Position numbers and translations under genes: made by a program | Assembly: GCA_002269645.1 (NCBI GenBank) | Contig: NIVC01000246.1 | Location: 68,769 to 132,768, forward strand | Length of the DNA: 64,000 nt | Direction of reading: 5' to 3' | Origin: Macrostomum lignano | Taxonomy: Eukaryota | Part shown: positions 37,039-50,000 of the stretch, piece after piece | How the letters are laid out: every line of letters starts with the position of its first letter | Numbering within the stretch: position 1 is the first letter of the stretch | The notes under the pieces: model-generated | What the model saw: the letters and a program-made list of their open reading frames with translations, nothing else | Told to the model about the DNA's origin: nothing | The model's database searches: none

Positions 37039-40000
37039 TCACAGCAGCGTGGTGAACACAAACGAAGCCGCAGATCCCGTTCCCAGTCCCAGGGTCAGAA
37101 AGAAGCTCATCAACGCGCCGTACAATTCGGCATTCTGAATCTCGGCTGCGGCGGCGCCTCGAGTCATGCTCAGAGCGCCCAGGTAACCGTTGCTAAGGCC
37201 GAACAGGCTGACAAGGATGGGCAGAGCGGCGTCAGAAGTGAACGCTGGCGGGATCGCCCACTGCCGCCTGGGCTGGTAGTTGCAGGCCAGGAATAGGGGA
37301 ACAAAGACCAGCCTGAGCAGGGCCAGGCCGGCAAGCAGGCGATTTGAGCTGGGCAATGAGAAGCTGACAAAACACCTGCCCAGCAGGTCGGCAGCGTTGA
37401 ATGCCAGGAAGCAGGCCAGCGGGACAAAATAGAGCGAGTCAGGCCTGGCAACTGAGCTGACCGAGCTGAGCAGGGCCGGGTAGAGGCTGAGCGACACCGC
37501 GAACACCATGAATACGGACAGGGCCGGCCAGGCCAAGTCGGACAGCGCCCGGCGCCAGGTGGCCGGCTGGCCGGACAGTGACAGGCTGCTACCGGCAGAT
37601 GGCAGGCTGGAGTCGTAGGAGATGCCTGCGGTGCAATGTGGGTTTGGAGACATTCTTAAGCATTCTTGAAGACATTCTCCTCATCCATTGAGAGAATGGC
37701 AGTGACCCAGCTTTATGATCTGGTGTTGGCGGCCTAGCAACTGAGGATCCTGGGGTGTTGGCCTAGCAACTGAGGATCTCGGGGGGTGTTGGCCTAGCAA
37801 CTGAGGATCTTGGTGGGTGTCGGCCTAGCAACTGAGGATCTTGGCGGGTGTCAGCCTAGCAACTGAGGATCTTGGCGGGTGTCAGCCTAGCAACTGAGGA
37901 TCTTGGCGGGTGTCGGCCTAGCAACTGAGGATCTTGGCAGGTGTCGCCCTAGCAACTGAGAATCTGGGGGTGTCGGCCTAGCAACTGAGGATCTTGGCAG
38001 GTGTTGGCCTAGCAACTGAGGATCTTGGCGAGTGTCGGCCTAGCAACTGAGGATCTTGGCGAGTGTCGGCCTAGCAACTGAGGATCCGGGGGTGTCGGCC
38101 TAGCAACTGAGGATCCGGGGGTGTTGGCCTAGCAACTGAGGATCTTGGCGAGTGTCGGCCTAGCAACTGAGGATCCGGGGGTATCGGCCTAGCAACTGAG
38201 GATCCGGGGGTGTTGGCCTAGCAACTGAGGATCCGGGGAGGGTGTCAGCCTAGCAGATAGGGATCCGGGAGGGCGACAGCGACCCAGAGTGAGGATCTGG
38301 AACTGAATCATTTACGCAGTAGTAGTGCCGAGTGCATAAACCACAATAATGCATGTTAGCCAACAAAAACTCGATAAGATTAGATTTTCACGAGGCCCTG
38401 GGCCGCGACAATATTAGAAGAATGCAACAGTGGTGAGCAGTTAGCAAACGATTTGTTATCGCTACTGAAAAACAACGTTGAAATTTGAAAATCTGAAACA
38501 AATGTTAAACTAGCAGTCAGCAATTACGTGTCGGCCTGGTTGCCCTGATGGTCCTGAGCCGAATTGGTCTATCTGTATAAGACAAATAATAAGCGAACAG
38601 ATTTACTAAACATTTCAGAATGCGAGTATATACTCGTAGATAGCTTTCTATGGCTGGTGAATGGTGAGAACGATTTTGATATCGATAAAAACAATTAGGA
38701 TCGAGCTTTGTACTCATTGACGCACTCACTTTGCGATCTGTTCACCTGCTCTCGAACGAATGGCAGCCTACGCAGCGCCAGGTAGGCCAGCAGGCACAGT
38801 AGAAGTACGCAGGTGGCTGATACAAAGTACACGAGGCCCGCTGATAGAGCGCCAGAGCCAAGGCTTAGGCTGGCTATGTACACCAGGGCGGCTGTGACAC
38901 CACCGCTGGCCTGGCCCTGCGGGTGGTTTGTAGGGTGACCTGAGTGGGGGGGGACACTGGAGTGTCAGTGGGGGCACTGGAGTGTCAGTAGGGACACTGG
39001 AGTGTCAGTGGGGGGGCACTGGAGTGTCACTGGGGGACACTGGAGTGTCAGTGGGGACACTGGAGTGTCAGTGGGGACACTGGAGTGTCAGTGGGGACAC
39101 TGGAGTGTCAGTGGGGACACTGGAGTGTCAGTGGGGGCACTGGAGTGTCAGTGGGGGACACTGGAGTGTCAGTGGGGGACACTGGAGTGTCAGTGGGGGA
39201 AACAGGAGTGTCAGTGGGGCACACTAGAGTGTCAGTGGGGGGCACTGGAGTGTCAGCTCACCTGCATCAGCGCGGTAACATATTTATGAGTAAACATGGC
39301 AGCCAGACCGAATAGCGAGCCCTGCACGAGGGCGGCTCCGATGTTTACTGCCATCACGGAGGCCATGGTGCACCAGAAGAAAGCGGTTTGGTCTGTGGGC
39401 AGCAAAAGATTAAAATGGGAAATCAAACAATGATGAATGATGACCTCTCATTTATAAAGAGAACTTCATGGTTTAACCATATACCGGTGTTTGTAGATAC
39501 TAACAGGAAACCGAAATTTGAGCGATTTTAAAGTGACTCATAGCGTTTTAAAGTCACTAATACTGCGAAGCTACTACTACTACTTGCTACTACTACTACT
39601 GCTGCTTGCTACTACTACATCTACTACTGCTACAACTACTGCTGCTACTACTACTATTACTAATAATAATAATACTAAAACCCAGCCTCACAGTCGTCGG
39701 TGTCAACACAGACGAACGCAGCGGTGGCGGCAAACACGGCAATCATCAAACAGAGGCCGGCCAGCAGGCGGGTGGCCTGCCCAATCCGCTTGGTAACAGC
39801 AGCGTTGGCCAGGGTGAAGACTATATTAGGCAGATTTGAGAACACGGCCAAGTAGTTCTCAAATGTCAATTGCAGGTAAGTTGTACCGCCACCATCCTCG
39901 GTGCTATCGGCGCTGACATTTCTCAGCTTGAAGTTAAAGTAGCCTTTTGCGGTTGTGAAAAAATTCCAAGGCAGCAGCGAGCCGATGCCTAGGAAGAAGA

Positions 40001-40247
40001 ATAGAAACAGAGCGGCGTTGAATGAGTCCTGACTGCCGCGGCCGCCGCCAGCGCATCCGCTGTAGTACAGATGCACACTCTCGCTGCCGGCTCCATTCAG
40101 CAGCGGGGTGGTGACGCTGTTGTCACTCGCGTCTACATTGTTGTCAGTGTTGCCGATCGCCTCGTCTGAATCCAGCTGCTCGGAGTCGTCCACCTCGTCG
40201 CAGTTCACCGGCAGCGGCTGCTCGGGCTGATGACGGCGTTTCAGCAT
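37039..40247 (-). CDS. SLC29: Equilibrative nucleoside transporter (SLC29/ENT family), 4 exons, 486 aa
   Basis: Exons 40247-39692, 39392-39262, 38916-38730, 37625-37039 total 1461 nt with consistent phases. Motifs [57 protein letters not shown]. Confidence 0.92.
37725..38260. repeat. 29-31-bp repeat (GGCCTAGCAACTGAGGATCTTGGCGGGTGTC), about 17 copies
   Basis: Tandem array in ENT intron 3. Confidence 0.9.
38945..39256. repeat. 19-21-bp repeat (ACACTGGAGTGTCAGTGGGG)
   Basis: Occupies about 90% of ENT intron 2 (38917-39261), starting right after the donor GTGAG. Confidence 0.92.
39570..39675. repeat. Degenerate (CTA)n/(TAA)n microsatellite in ENT intron 1
   Basis: Trinucleotide run read directly. 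Confidence 0.8.
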
Positions 40248-40299
40248 CGCGCACGGCCCCGGCCTGCAGCGAGCATGTCGGGAACTGCTTTGTGTCGCT

Positions 40300-40800
40300 A
40301 TCCTCCCACCTGTGTGTCTTGCTGTCCTCCCACCTGTGTGTCTTGCTGTCCTCCCACCTGTGTGTCTTGCTGTCCTCCCACCTGTGTGTCTTGCTGTCCT
40401 CCCACCTGTGTGTCTTGCTGTCCTCCCACCTGTGTGTCTTGCTGTCCTCCCACCTGTGTCTCTTGCACTGTCTTGCTGTCCCCCCCAACCTGTGTCTCTT
40501 GCACTGTCCTACTGTGTCCCCCAACCTGTGTCTCTTGCACTGTCCTGCTATGCCCCCCCAACCTGTGTCTCTTGCACTGTCTTGCTATGCCCCCCCAACC
40601 TGTGTCTCTTGCACTGTCTTGCTGTGTCCCCCCAACTTGTGTCTCTTGCACTGTCTTGCTGTGTCCCCCCAACTTGTGTCTCTTGCACTGTCGTGCTGTG
40701 TCCCCCCAACCTGTGTCTCTTGCACTGTCCTGCTGTGGCCTCCCTCCACCTGTGTCTCTTGCACTGTCCTGCTGTGTCCTCCCTCCACCTGTGTGTGTCC
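40300..40800. repeat. 24-bp repeat grading into 36-37-bp repeat upstream of ENT
   Basis: CCTCCCACCTGTGTGTCTTGCTGT units, then longer units adding CTTGCACTGT. Confidence 0.88.
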
Positions 40801-41504
40801 TGCACTCTGCCTTGCATCTTTCCTTTCTACTTCTTAACTGTCCCTTTTCATTTCACTTCTAATACTAATATAACATGGGATGCATGAAAATAAATATGTA
40901 ACTAACAGTAGGCATGCTGCAACAGGGTAGTATTGAAATTAATTATTATTAAAAATGATTACAGCACACAAGCAGCTTTCAGTCAAGATGCACTTTTTAA
41001 ACAGCGTAATGAATTTATAGCAGTATAAAATTAATGAAATACTTAAGAAAATTAAAATGTTGCCTCAAAGTTATAAGAAAGATAAACGTCTAATTGTGAG
41101 GACTGCAGAGTTAAATCACAATGGATAGAAAAAAAGCAAGAGAAAATTGATGACATCGGGAAGACAGCAACAGCAGCGTTTAAAGTACAAAAGGCAGAGA
41201 GGAAAAGTTTGGATAGTGCAATTTGACAGATTAAAGCATTATTAAATTTGTTATTTGTTTCAAGGGTTAAACAATCGAAGTTATGCAACATCTGACCTTG
41301 ACAGCCAATTAAACCAGGGGTCGGTAGATCTGTTTTACTTCAAAGGCCAGAAAGCCAATGTAGCTCATGGCTAGAGAGGAAAGGATAGGGAATAAAAGAG
41401 ATGACACAAACCTTGAGCAGGTCATATCGCTATTGTACTCGTAAAGTTTCAAAATGCCTTAGGGCCGGATAGAGTCTTTGGTAAGAGGAAACAATGGTCT
41501 AAAG

Positions 41505-41699
41505 CAGGGGTCCGCGTGCCACATGCGGCCAGGCAAGCCTCTTCATCCAGCCCATGCTCTAATCTTCTCAGCTAGTCTCAGCTCTCCTCTCCAATCGTCT
41601 CTCCTCTCTCTTTCTATCTTCTCTCTCCCGCTCTCTGACCCGCAGTCATGCGCTAGATTCTTCATCGGGCCCTTGAGGTTAAAGGTTTGCCAACCCCTG
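41505..41699. mobile_element. hAT/Charlie-type MITE relic
   Basis: CAGGGGT..GCGGCC..TTTGCCAACCCCTG ends; flanking 8-mers GTCTAAAG and GTGTAATG match at 6/8; a second CAGGGGTCGG end at 41315. Confidence 0.55.
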
Positions 41700-42085
41700 G
41701 TGTAATGCATCTATACAGAAAGGTGTAAAAAATGATAAGAATAGAGCCGAAACAAGAGAGTCGCGCGAATGAACGGTAAAAGGTATCCGCTAAATAAAAG
41801 TACATAAATTAAGATTAGAACTACAAGTACTCAGGGGGTACTTACCAACTAACCGGATTGGACCCCGAATTTTAAAGTCAATATACAATTTATAATACTT
41901 CCAAATAAGTCTAATTAAATTCGCGATTTTCGTATCCCTTTTTCGCGAAAAGTAAGAATCATAAAATGAAAATATAACACAATAGATGAGTGCAGAATCT
42001 AATCGGTGAAAACTGTATTTATTAATAATGACAAGTTATAACTTAACGCCTACACAAAAGAACAGTTGGGAGAGGAGTGTGTTTT

Positions 42086-44126
42086 TCACTTCTCGGCTGC
42101 GGCGGTGTTGGCCGCAGGCGGCACCACCAGCACCGGCCGGTGAGTATGGTGCAGCACGTAGTCGCTAACTGAGCCTAAAAAGGTACGCCTAAGCAGGCCC
42201 TGGCCGCGCGAGCCCATGATAATGAGTTCCACATTCTCCTCTTCGGCCAGATCCACAATGGACTGGCCGGGACTGCGGGCGATGCGTTCAAGAAAGCGGA
42301 CGTGCTCGGCGCCCAGGCCGCGGCAAAGTTCTTTGATGTCTACGGCCAGCTGCTTGGCTTGAGCGACCTGGCGGGTGAACAGGGGTGCCGGGTTTCAGCA
42401 ACAGGTGAACAGGGGTGACGGGTTTCAGCAACAGGTGAACAGGGGTGACGGGTGTCAGCGACAGGTGAACAGGGGTGACAAGTGTCAGCGACAGGTGAAC
42501 AGGGGTGCCGGGTATCAGCGATAAGTGAACAGGATTGCCGGGTGTCAACGAAAGGTGAACAGGGGTGGCGGGTTCAGCAACAGGTGAACAGGGGTACCGG
42601 GTGTCAGCAACAGGTGAACAGGGGTGCCGGGTTTCAGCAACAGGTGAACAGGGGTGACGGGTGTCAGCGACAGGTGAACAGGGGTGCCGGGTGTCAGCGA
42701 TAAGTAAACAGGGGTTCCAGGTGTCAGCGACAGGTGAACAGGGGTGGCGGATCCTAAAATTCGCAAGGTGAAACCAGTTGGCGGTGCCAAAAAATAATGT
42801 AAAACACTGTAGAGATGTCTATGCCGTTTCTACAAGACGGTCTTAGAGCGATTTTACAAGATAGTCTAGAGTGTTTCTACAAGATGGCCTAGGGTGATAA
42901 ATTGCTTCGACTTCACCAGCATCTCTAGGGACACTTCGGACTGGGCTATGCTGGCCAAGGCCCAGGCGTAAGTCTGAAAGCTGGCGTCAACATTAATTAT
43001 TCAGAGCGAAGATTTTATCGCAGGAAATTTTACTATCGGCTGGCTGTGCAACTAAGCCGGGTTGCAAATAAGTGCTTACTGGGCTCCCACGGGTCGCATG
43101 CAGAGTGCACAGGGACAGTCTCGCCAGCGCTGTTCCAGTGCTAATTTGGAATTTTAACAGTAAGGGAAATTCTTACTTGATATGAGCTATGAGGTAAGGA
43201 AGGCCGATTCTTTGCGTAGTTAGACACTAGGGAGCGATTCTAGATTGAGTAGATAGCGTAGGGTAGATAACCAACAATTCTAGGGTAGATAGACAACAGT
43301 TCTAGGGTAGATGGACAACGGTTCTAAGGTAGATGGACAACGGTTCTATGGTAGATAGACCACAGTTCTGATGTAGATAGACAACGGTTCTAGGGTAGAT
43401 AGACAATTCTGAGGTGGATAGACAACGATTCTAGGGTAGATAGACAACGGTTCTAGGGTAGATGGACAACGGTTCTAGGGTAGATAGACCACAGTTCTGA
43501 GGTAGATAGACAACGGTTCTAGGGTAGATAGACAATTCTGAGGTGGATAGACAACGATTCTAGGGTAGATAGACAACGGTTCTATGGTAGATAGACCACA
43601 GTTCTGAGGTAGATAGACAACGGTTCTAGGGTAGATAGACAATTCTGAGGTGGATAGACAACGATTTTAGGGTAGATAGACTACGGTTCTAATGTAAATA
43701 GACAACGACTCTAGGGTAGGATAACTCTAAATGTAATGTAATTAGGAGAATTTTTATAAAGTGCTTTTTTGAAGCTAAATCTGGCTAAGGCTGGTTATCT
43801 GGCTATAGTGAATATCAGGCAGTTAGGCAACTATCAGTAGGGTTGGGTTTCCAAATTGATTTGCAACAAATGGCGCACAATGGAAGCCGCAGACTCACAG
43901 TCTCATCCAGAGCTTTAGAATAGACTTCGGCCACGGCCGGTCCGGCCATGCCGAAGCCCAGAGCAACTTCCGGCGGCTCGGACACGTTCACAAACACCAG
44001 CTGGTCGGATGGCCGGTGCAGCTTGCTCAAATACCAGCGGATGGCCCTCTCGCTGTGCTCGCTGCGATCAACAGCGATCAGGACGCGACGAATGTCGCCA
44101 ACATCTCCAATTGCTTCTGTTGACAT
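42086..44126 (-). CDS. Universal stress protein (UspA domain), 2 exons, 169 aa
   Basis: Exons 44126-43899 and 42367-42086, phase 0. RRVLIAVDRSEHSERA..; ATP-binding G-2x-G-9x-GS motif GSRGQGLLRRTFLGSVSDYVLHH; PVLVV. Confidence 0.93.
42372..42750. repeat. 30-bp repeat (CAGGTGAACAGGGGTGCCGGGTGTCAGCGA) abutting the USP acceptor
   Basis: Tandem array ending at the acceptor (42368-42369). Confidence 0.9.
43255..43710. repeat. About 21-bp degenerate repeat (TTCTAGGGTAGATAGACAACGG)
   Basis: Tandem array in the USP intron; a short related copy at about 45550-45600. Confidence 0.85.
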
Positions 44127-44362
44127 TTTTAGTAAGCATGAAAGTCCAATTAAAATGGTTGATTTACTCCAGACTTGGGTGAAATTTGCTCAAAAGAATT
44201 GTCATTTTCATCCAAATTTTTAGGCAAAGATACCAAGCTTTCATTATTTAGATAATAATAGCAACAATCAGCTATTGCGCGGCGCATCTGAAGGCTGCAT
44301 ACGGCTGTTCAGTCCAAGGACTGGGGGGGTCGCCACACACACCCTCAATTACCCCAGTTAAT

Positions 44363-44433
44363 GCTGGCACCCATTTTACAGCTGGGTGAACTGAAGCAAT
44401 GGAAAGAGTTCAGTGTCTTGCTCAAGGACACAT
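44363..44433. mobile_element. CORE-SINE-like fragment
   Basis: CCCATTTTACAGCTGGGTGAACTGAAGCA..GTGTCTTGCTCAAGGACAC resembles the MIR/CORE domain (recognised by eye, not aligned). Confidence 0.55.
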
Positions 44434-44569
44434 CCAGAGGCAAATTACAATGACAAAATATAAGGAGGACATCAGCATGAAGCTTTGAGCTTTCTTTGAG
44501 CTAAAATAATTGACTGAAATGCCATCTTTTGTCGCCTGAACTGGGGAACAAAGTGTCTCCACAAGCTCA

Positions 44570-44760
44570 GGAGGCCATAGCCTAGTGGTCTAGCGCAGCG
44601 CTCTGATGTGCCAGTGGCCCAGGCTTGATTCCAAGTGCAGTCACATTAACTTGCAGCTAAATTGGAATCTCGGCTTGGCTCTGCTTGTGCAATTAATGCC
44701 CAGCTTGAGGGCCAACCCCCTAGCACCCCCTAGGAAGTGTACATGCTTAATGATAAATAA
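44570..44760 (+). mobile_element. tRNA-derived SINE relic
   Basis: A-box TAGCCTAGTGG and degenerate B-box GCTTGATTCC, ending in an AATAAA-like tail; no clean cloverleaf. Confidence 0.4.
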
Positions 44761-46813
44761 AGTCAGGGCCACTGTACACTCCTATGTAAGTGTGTGCCTG
44801 TGCATATGACTGCGTATGTATCTTAGAATATTAAACTGCCAAAATTTTCAAAAAAGAGCATATAGTCTATAAATGATAGCAAATTTCAAATTTGTCTTTT
44901 CTTAGACCTAGTCTTAGTAAATATGGCTATCTAAAAACTTAATATCTAACTAAGAAAGGCTATAAATTAAGGATGACATTTTTTACTTTTAATAATTTCT
45001 AATGGCAATTTTCATGCTATTTTAGACTTAAAATAATCATGTAATTCATTTATAAGTTTTTAATATTAAATACAAAATGATTTCTATTAGGATCAATGCC
45101 AATATTAACTAACATCATATAAAATAAAAAATATAGATTTTTATCTATTATTAGGTCCTATTAAAGCACATCTAAAAAACATTATAGACAACTTATATAT
45201 ATTTAAATCATTGCTTACCTAATGGCCAGGTTTGGCAAAGCTATTAGGGAAGGGGGTAGGGTAGGCAATTGCCTATCCAATAATTATGTTTGAAAGGCAT
45301 TGCCTTCTTAATACTTTAATGAGATCAATAATTATATTATAGCAAAATATACTAATGTATAAGAAAGACTTCTTTATCTGAAAATAACAGGATTTTACTC
45401 TTGTGTTGCCTTCTTCATATTAAATAAAATTTCAATTTGAATCTAAACTTCTTTTTAGATTATATGGATTTTAAGCATGCTCAAATATAATTATTAGACG
45501 ATTTGCTTAAACCTTTTTGCTAAAAGTAATTGGCCAAAAGTCAATTTGGCAAAGCTAGATAAACAATTCTGGGATAGATAGGCAACAATTCTAGGGTAAA
45601 AAAACAAACTGTATTCATTTTTGTTTTATTGGCAAGAATATCACTTTATTATTGCATATCTACACTTTTTGATATAATTTTGACATATTTTGTTATAAAG
45701 TTTTTGTGTATAATTACATATTTAGCTTCATTGCAAAATGTATTGCATTTTTGGCAATTTTTCAATCCTAGGTTAGTTTCTATCACTATCAGCTTACAAA
45801 TAAACAATGTATGCAGGGCGATCTATATTTCTACAGTTCAATACTTTTAAACTTGTGCCAAAAACTAAGCAAACAATCTGTTATAATGTATATATTTTCC
45901 AAAATATTTTTGTGAATTAATTTTTGTTTTAATCTATGAGTAAAAATGGTATAAATAGAAGTGATTTTGGCGGAAGGAGAACCAACCTCCCGCATTGCAG
46001 TTCACTAATAAAATAGTTATAGCGAAGAATAAGAGTTCCGAGAAAATAAGAATTGAAGAAGTGTTTTCTGTGTTAATTCCTTTTAAGAAATAAGAGCGAA
46101 GTAGACCAAAGTGTATACAGAATATACTATTGAGAAGCAGCAGTATTGAGATTGAGTCTTAAGAGAATATGAGGTAGATCTGAAGTGATACGCGTAAGAA
46201 TAACTGGAGGCTGTGACCCTCTGATCTCAGTAATGCCCAAGGACTTGCAAAGTACATGAAATACATATACCAGTATAGCCAATAGACCATTCAGGCCAAA
46301 AGTACAATAAACGCTACCAGAATAATAGAGGAATAATATTTATAAGGGCTAATAGTAATCTAAGAATAAATACTCAGACTGAATATTCAGACTAAATACT
46401 CAGAGTCAGACTGAATACTTAGACTAAATACTAAGATATATACTCAGATCAATTCTAAGAAACATTTCGGGGATTATTCTAAGATTGATAAACTTATAAT
46501 TTATTAATAGGATAATCCTGGTGGCAGCTACCAACTTAACAAGAAAACTTAAAGATTAGTATAGGAAGTTAGCCCTAGAACAACTTTGGTGGCAGCATAA
46601 GGACTAGGCAGAGGCTCAGAATTAGGACTTTATAGGACAGAGCCAAGAGGCCTAGCACAGCTTAGTGACATAACAGTGGGATAATTTCAGTAAGAGGAAA
46701 CACGCCTGTAACAGCTTGGTGTCAGTGGTTGAGATTTCTAGAGAGAGCTGAAAGGCCTATAACAGCTTGGTGGCAATTAGTGGGATAGTTGGAGGACAGA
46801 AGAAACCCCTGTA

Positions 46814-47040
46814 ACAAATGCTCGACCACATGTTGCACCACTCTTGGGTTTTCCTGTAATAGAGCATGCTATCACCATGATTTGGTAGAGCCCCTAGGCC
46901 CTATAGTCCTAATCCAAACCTGTGACCAATTTCTATTCCTCTGGCTAAAGAATGTACTTTGGGATAGGCCTATAAACTTTAATAGCTTTCAAGAAGTTGA
47001 AGATGCCTTGTTGCAGGTATTATAGAGTATTTCCAAAAGT
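46814..47040 (+). mobile_element. Tc1/mariner transposase C-terminal relic
   Basis: NARPHVA (46817), PYSPNPN (46899) and CDQFLFLWLKNVL..FNSFQEVEDA, in three different frames. Confidence 0.65.
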
Positions 47041-50000
47041 ATGAATAGGCTAGGCCTAACTTTAGCCATTAACTTTTCTGTCAACAATCCTGTTTAGGGA
47101 CCTACTTTTTTGTCAATTATTCCATTCCAATTATTCTATTTACATTTCTATCAGTTATTCTATCAAATTATCCATTAACAATTCTATCAATTTTTGCATC
47201 AACTTTTCCATCAACTATTCTGTCAACTTTTGTATCAACTTTTCTATCAAATTTCAGCAATTGGTATTGTCAGCACTCATTATGGCACTGCAGACACTAT
47301 GTTTTGTTGCCCTAAAGCAAAATTATTAATTACCATAATGGTTCACATATCATAAAAATACTAATGATGCAGTTAAGTCATTTTCATAGACATAAACATG
47401 TGAATAGTATAAAGAATGATGGAAAAGTTGACACAAAAGTTGATAGAAAAGTTGACAGAAATGTTTCTTTCATTCATTTAACCATCAAATAAATGTCTAT
47501 CAAAAGCAAGTAATTTAGCAATTGAAATTTCTATTTCGAAATCAGTCACCTAGCCTACTCAGCTAACATGAACAAGTTACGTGCTTTGGTACAATGTGGT
47601 GAATCTAGAAAGACTCCCAATTACCAATTAGTGACTTATTAAGGCCTCGTCGTCTATGGTTCTAAGAATTATGTAATACAAATTTAACGGATGCACGCAA
47701 ATTCGGCGATAAACAAATTCGGCAACAGAAATTTAACACGGACAATTATTCGGCGAAAGCAAATACGGCGACAAGTATTTTTAAGTCTGATTTATCGATC
47801 GTAACCAAGGTAATCATTGCTTGCGAGCTTGTCTGACATCAGCCACCTGCGCCTCACTCAGTATTGAGGCTGGCGTCAGATAGTCTGAGTGGATGCGGGC
47901 GGTTAGCAATTGTTTCTTATCATTTTTGACAGGCCATCAGATTTTTTAGGTCAGTCCTATTGTTCGTGTTCACTCAAGCGTGTGACAACTTTGACAGCTA
48001 TGCTTTTTACCCCTAAAAGTACTTTGGGATTAGAGCTAGATTATCGATTTCTCTTCACCATCTTCACTTTCTACTTAATAAGATCTTTTTAATGTATATT
48101 TTTTCTTTAATTTTTGTAATTTCTACGTATGTCATGGTCATAAATCAAAATGTAGCGATTTTGAGTGATTATGACCGCACCTGGCGTATTTTTATGGCCC
48201 CGAGGAAACTGATAGGATCTTTTGGTAACGTGAGTTTGGGTGGCAACAAGCGCAGCCAATCAGAAAATTCGATGTCAGTTTATAACAAATCGGCTCAGCC
48301 AATCAGTGTCGAGGTGTTAGATTTTATCAATTAAATTGCGGTCCAGTTGGCGGCTATATAAACCGATGTTTTTGGCCCGCTCGGACTCAACCGCGGACAA
48401 ACGCGGACAAACCTCTGGCTCGGCGGACCTTGGCCTAACCGGGCACCGCCCTTACCTCGTTCTAACCGACACCTGACCGTCGTCCCTTGATCCCCGGATT
48501 GCAACACCCCCTTCATCATCAAGGGCGAATCCCCCGGTCAGCTGCATCAATCATCGAGGTAAAGATCATCACCTGCTAGCTATCAGTAAAGACTATGACA
48601 TCATCATCCCGGGCCTACAGCTGCGAAGCACTAAGCCGATTCGGTCACTGTGGATTACCTGGCCTCCGGCTGTCGAGTTTCCGATTGTTGGGTGAGAGGC
48701 TACCTAGAATTGCTTGATTGGGTGATTCCTTGTCTGTCCCCTATTTCAGTAGCTGGATTAGGCGCACATTTTTGTTCATTTTGTTCAGTAGTGCTGTTAC
48801 TGAGGCAGAAATCAGTCAATAATACTGATAGTAGTCTGATTACTCCATTTCAATCTGAAAGTGAAGTTATTTAGTGAGAAGGTTAAATCTGACAGTTATA
48901 TTTATCGGTATTATTTCTTTGTTCGCCGATGGCTCAGATGAGTATAGCTAAGCTAGTAGGCGCCGGCACAGTGAACCAATGGCGAGGCAGTTCTATCAAA
49001 TCAGTTAGCGAACTTGCCAATAGTGCAAAATCGGCGCCAGAGATGTGCTCCCGTGCACTCTAGGTTCGCCAAGCGGCTCGGGTGGTGAATCATGCGGTCT
49101 CTGGGTTCGGGTTAGTCTATCATCAGCGCTACGAGAGGCTGGTTGGCGCGTTGAAGGCCAAAAGTACATACCCTCTTATTTAGCAATGTAATAGTACATG
49201 TAGCTACCCCATAGTCTCGCCACTGCAAGAATCCCCTGCACAAGTTCTCTCTGTACCTGCATGGCCAATGCGATCTAGTCCCATCAGTGTCCCTTATGAT
49301 CGGCTATGACTTCGAGATTGACAGCAAAAAGACACTAAGTTGGCAGGTAAGTGCTGAAGCCCCTTCTAGTCGAAAGCCTGATTTCGAAAGTTCCGGTTTG
49401 GTAAGCCAGAACGCACGGGCTGGTGGTAGTGGGTTAGTTAATCCGCTGATTAGCTGATCTCTACCTTCAAAATTCTCCTTGCTTGTCTCTCGCTGTCCCT
49501 CTCTTAGCTATAGGACCTACCGAAATTCGAATTTGCCAACAAAGCAATTTTTATAGAGGCCATGCCCCCTCTTAACTATAGGTATTATTGCATTCGTAAA
49601 TAAACAAAAGTACATTGGCTACTTTTAAGAGTTCGATATTTTCAAGGCTCAAGCTAATGTACATTTGTAGCATATCAGCAGCGAAATTTTGATAGATATA
49701 CCATGACAAATGCCTGCACATGTTGCAGAGTTACGCAGTAATTGCATGTTCGTACATGTACATGTGCATCTATTAGGAAATCCTTTCAAATCGAGAAACA
49801 CTGGATTTCGTCGTAGCGTTTGGTTCAAAAGAAACGATTTCTACTCGGACAAATATTTATACTGTGGACTACAGGTAGTTTAAAAGAACCATTACTCGAT
49901 GAATTTTTGATGTAGTAGGCACGTACGCCCTGGGCCTCCCCACTAACTTTTGCGCACCCTCGTTTCCCTCCTTTGTGATACTTGGGCCCCGTAATGACTC

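Noticed and set aside
44570-44645. tRNA gene
   Set aside because: B-box is degenerate and no acceptor stem forms; treated as a SINE head.
46510-46780. Four TGGTG(G/T)CA motifs resembling LTR primer-binding sites
   Set aside because: No LTR pair, gag or pol nearby; motifs too short to support a call.
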